From positions 1,504,001 through 1,568,000 of the forward strand of contig OY776215.1 of NCBI GenBank assembly GCA_963675495.1: a DNA stretch of 64,000 bases, given 5' to 3'. Position 1 is the first letter of the stretch; each line of letters starts with the position of its first letter. The stretch comes from an uncultured Methanolobus sp. (GTDB lineage: Archaea; Halobacteriota; Methanosarcinia; Methanosarcinales; Methanosarcinaceae). Shown one piece after another: positions 62,567-64,000 of this stretch. The translations under genes were made by a program, and so were the position numbers. The notes under the pieces are model-generated. The model saw nothing but the letters and a program-made list of their open reading frames with translations. It was not told the origin of the DNA and searched no databases.

Positions 62567-63685
62567 ATGGGCATCAAAGTGGATATCAGAAAACGGTATT
62601 ACAGGAAAAAGAGTGATAAAAAGAAAGGCAAAGACCCTGTTTTCCTGCTTGATACAAAATTTGATGTCGCAAACGAACTGGTAGTACTTTTCGGACGTTC
62701 AGGTTCAGGAAAAACAACAACGCTCCAATGCATAGCCGGGCTTTTGGAACCAAATGGTGGAAAAGTAATTGTTAACGATAAGGTATATTTTGATTGCCAC
62801 AAAAGGATCAATCTACCGGTACAGCAGCGAAGCCTCGGATACGTATTCCAGAACTATGCGCTGTTCCCACATATGGATGTGAGAAAGAACATCATTTACG
62901 GACTTAAAGGGTGGACTGAAGAAGATAAAAATAAAAGGGTCCGGGAAATGTTGCAACTGCTTCAAATAGATGATCTGGAAAACAATTATCCATTACAACT
63001 ATCAGGAGGACAGAAACAAAGGGTAGCACTGGCACGAGCCCTTGCCCCAAAGCCCGATGTCCTGTTGCTTGACGAACCTTTTTCTGCACTGGACATGGTT
63101 GTTCGCATGAAACTTCGGGAGAAGATCAAGGAGATCCAGAGGGAACTTGGCATACCGATACTTTTTATCACCCATAACCATGTGGAAGCCTTCACCATTG
63201 CAGACAAAGTAGTTATTTTCCATGAAGGAAGAGTCCAGCAGATAGGAAGCCCGGAAGATGTATTCTACAAACCTAAAAACAAGCATGTTGCCGAACTTGT
63301 AGGATTATCGAACATCTTTGAGGATTCGCTTGCCTTAGATGAGGATGAAACGTCCGAAATACTGATACTTAAATGTGGAAACTTGCAGGTGATCGCAAAT
63401 AAGCCGGATCGTAAAGTAACAGACAAGGTATCATGGGGAATCCGACCTGAGAACCTGCGTATATTACCCCTTACGGATGGTATGAACTCTGGAGAAAATA
63501 CCTTTCATGCATGCGTAAGGAGTGTTGTGAACAAAGGATCAAGCAGGATTTTAGCCCTTGAGATCGAAGAACACAAGAAGCTACTGATCGCTGAGATAGC
63601 AAACCAGTTCTTTGAAGATATGGATCTTAAAACCGGTGACAAGTGTCTGGTCAGAATCGAAAAGAGCAGGATCGTCATTTTTTGA
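62567..63685 (+). CDS. modC: Molybdate ABC transporter ATPase with TOBE-like C-terminus
   Basis: GRSGSGKTT, LSGGQKQR, LLDEPFSALD. Confidence 0.9.
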   Translation: MGIKVDIRKRYYRKKSDKKKGKDPVFLLDTKFDVANELVVLFGRSGSGKTTTLQCIAGLLEPNGGKVIVNDKVYFDCHKRINLPVQQRSLGYVFQNYALFPHMDVRKNIIYGLKGWTEEDKNKRVREMLQLLQIDDLENNYPLQLSGGQKQRVALARALAPKPDVLLLDEPFSALDMVVRMKLREKIKEIQRELGIPILFITHNHVEAFTIADKVVIFHEGRVQQIGSPEDVFYKPKNKHVAELVGLSNIFEDSLALDEDETSEILILKCGNLQVIANKPDRKVTDKVSWGIRPENLRILPLTDGMNSGENTFHACVRSVVNKGSSRILALEIEEHKKLLIAEIANQFFEDMDLKTGDKCLVRIEKSRIVIF

Positions 63686-63747
63686 CACCGTTGATTCAAA
63701 TTCGCAAGTCCCTGGTTTCCATTAAATATCTGGCAACACGCACCTAC

Positions 63748-64000
63748 TCATATATTGTTATTCTTGAATCTGCTATCTATATACTCAATGAGTTTACTTC
63801 CGGATATCTCGAGACTGGCTGCCGATGAGCGTACATAGAATTGTTCTTTGTTATCTTCTTTTAAGAAGACTGGCTTAACACTCGGTTCACAGTCCACCCT
63901 CAGCACGTATCTGCTACAAACTTTGACCAGTCCTGAACTGATATATGGAAGGAATTCGTTTCCAATGTTATGAGCCATAATATTAGAAAAATGCTGATTG
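63748..64000 (-). CDS. 3' end of a Schlafen/AlbA_2-domain protein (begins outside the window)
   Basis: Frame is open to the window end: NQHFSNIM...VLRVDCEPSVKPVFL...FYVRSSAASLEISGSKLIEYIDSRF. Confidence 0.6.
   Translation of the reverse strand, partial: NQHFSNIMAHNIGNEFLPYISSGLVKVCSRYVLRVDCEPSVKPVFLKEDNKEQFYVRSSAASLEISGSKLIEYIDSRFKNNNI

Overview
Archaeal chromosomal DNA, AT-rich, with gene content typical of a Methanosarcinaceae methanogen (Methanolobus-like; the genus is my inference). About 1-41.3 kb is mostly core genome: polB (cut by the window edge), an intron-containing tRNA-Met, a two-repeat S-layer protein, two KaiC-like ATPases, SRP RNA, tRNA-Ser, rnp4, dtdA, ftsZ-secE-spt5-rpl11-rpl1-rpl10-rpl12, a UbiB/ABC1 kinase plus methyltransferase, a split Ni/Co ECF transporter, an ErcA/ErcS-like alcohol dehydrogenase-histidine kinase pair, thiC, an AglJ-like glycosyltransferase, tbp, smc-scpA-scpB and mre11-rad50. 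The stand-out region is 41.4-60.2 kb, a tandem duplication of a 9-10 kb surface-structure cassette. Each copy has five overlapping type IV pilin-like genes (class III signal peptides) and a convergent giant (1843/1993 aa) secreted protein with no visible membrane anchor. In that protein one vWA domain appears to be split by an inserted second complete vWA domain and by an eight-repeat WDGxxW propeller. This resembles a 'minor pilins + PilY1-like tip adhesin' module, with no assembly ATPase in the window. The window ends with a cyclophilin, modABC preceded by a ModE-like palindrome, and the 3' end of a Schlafen/AlbA-like gene. All calls come from motif recognition by eye; no searches were run.
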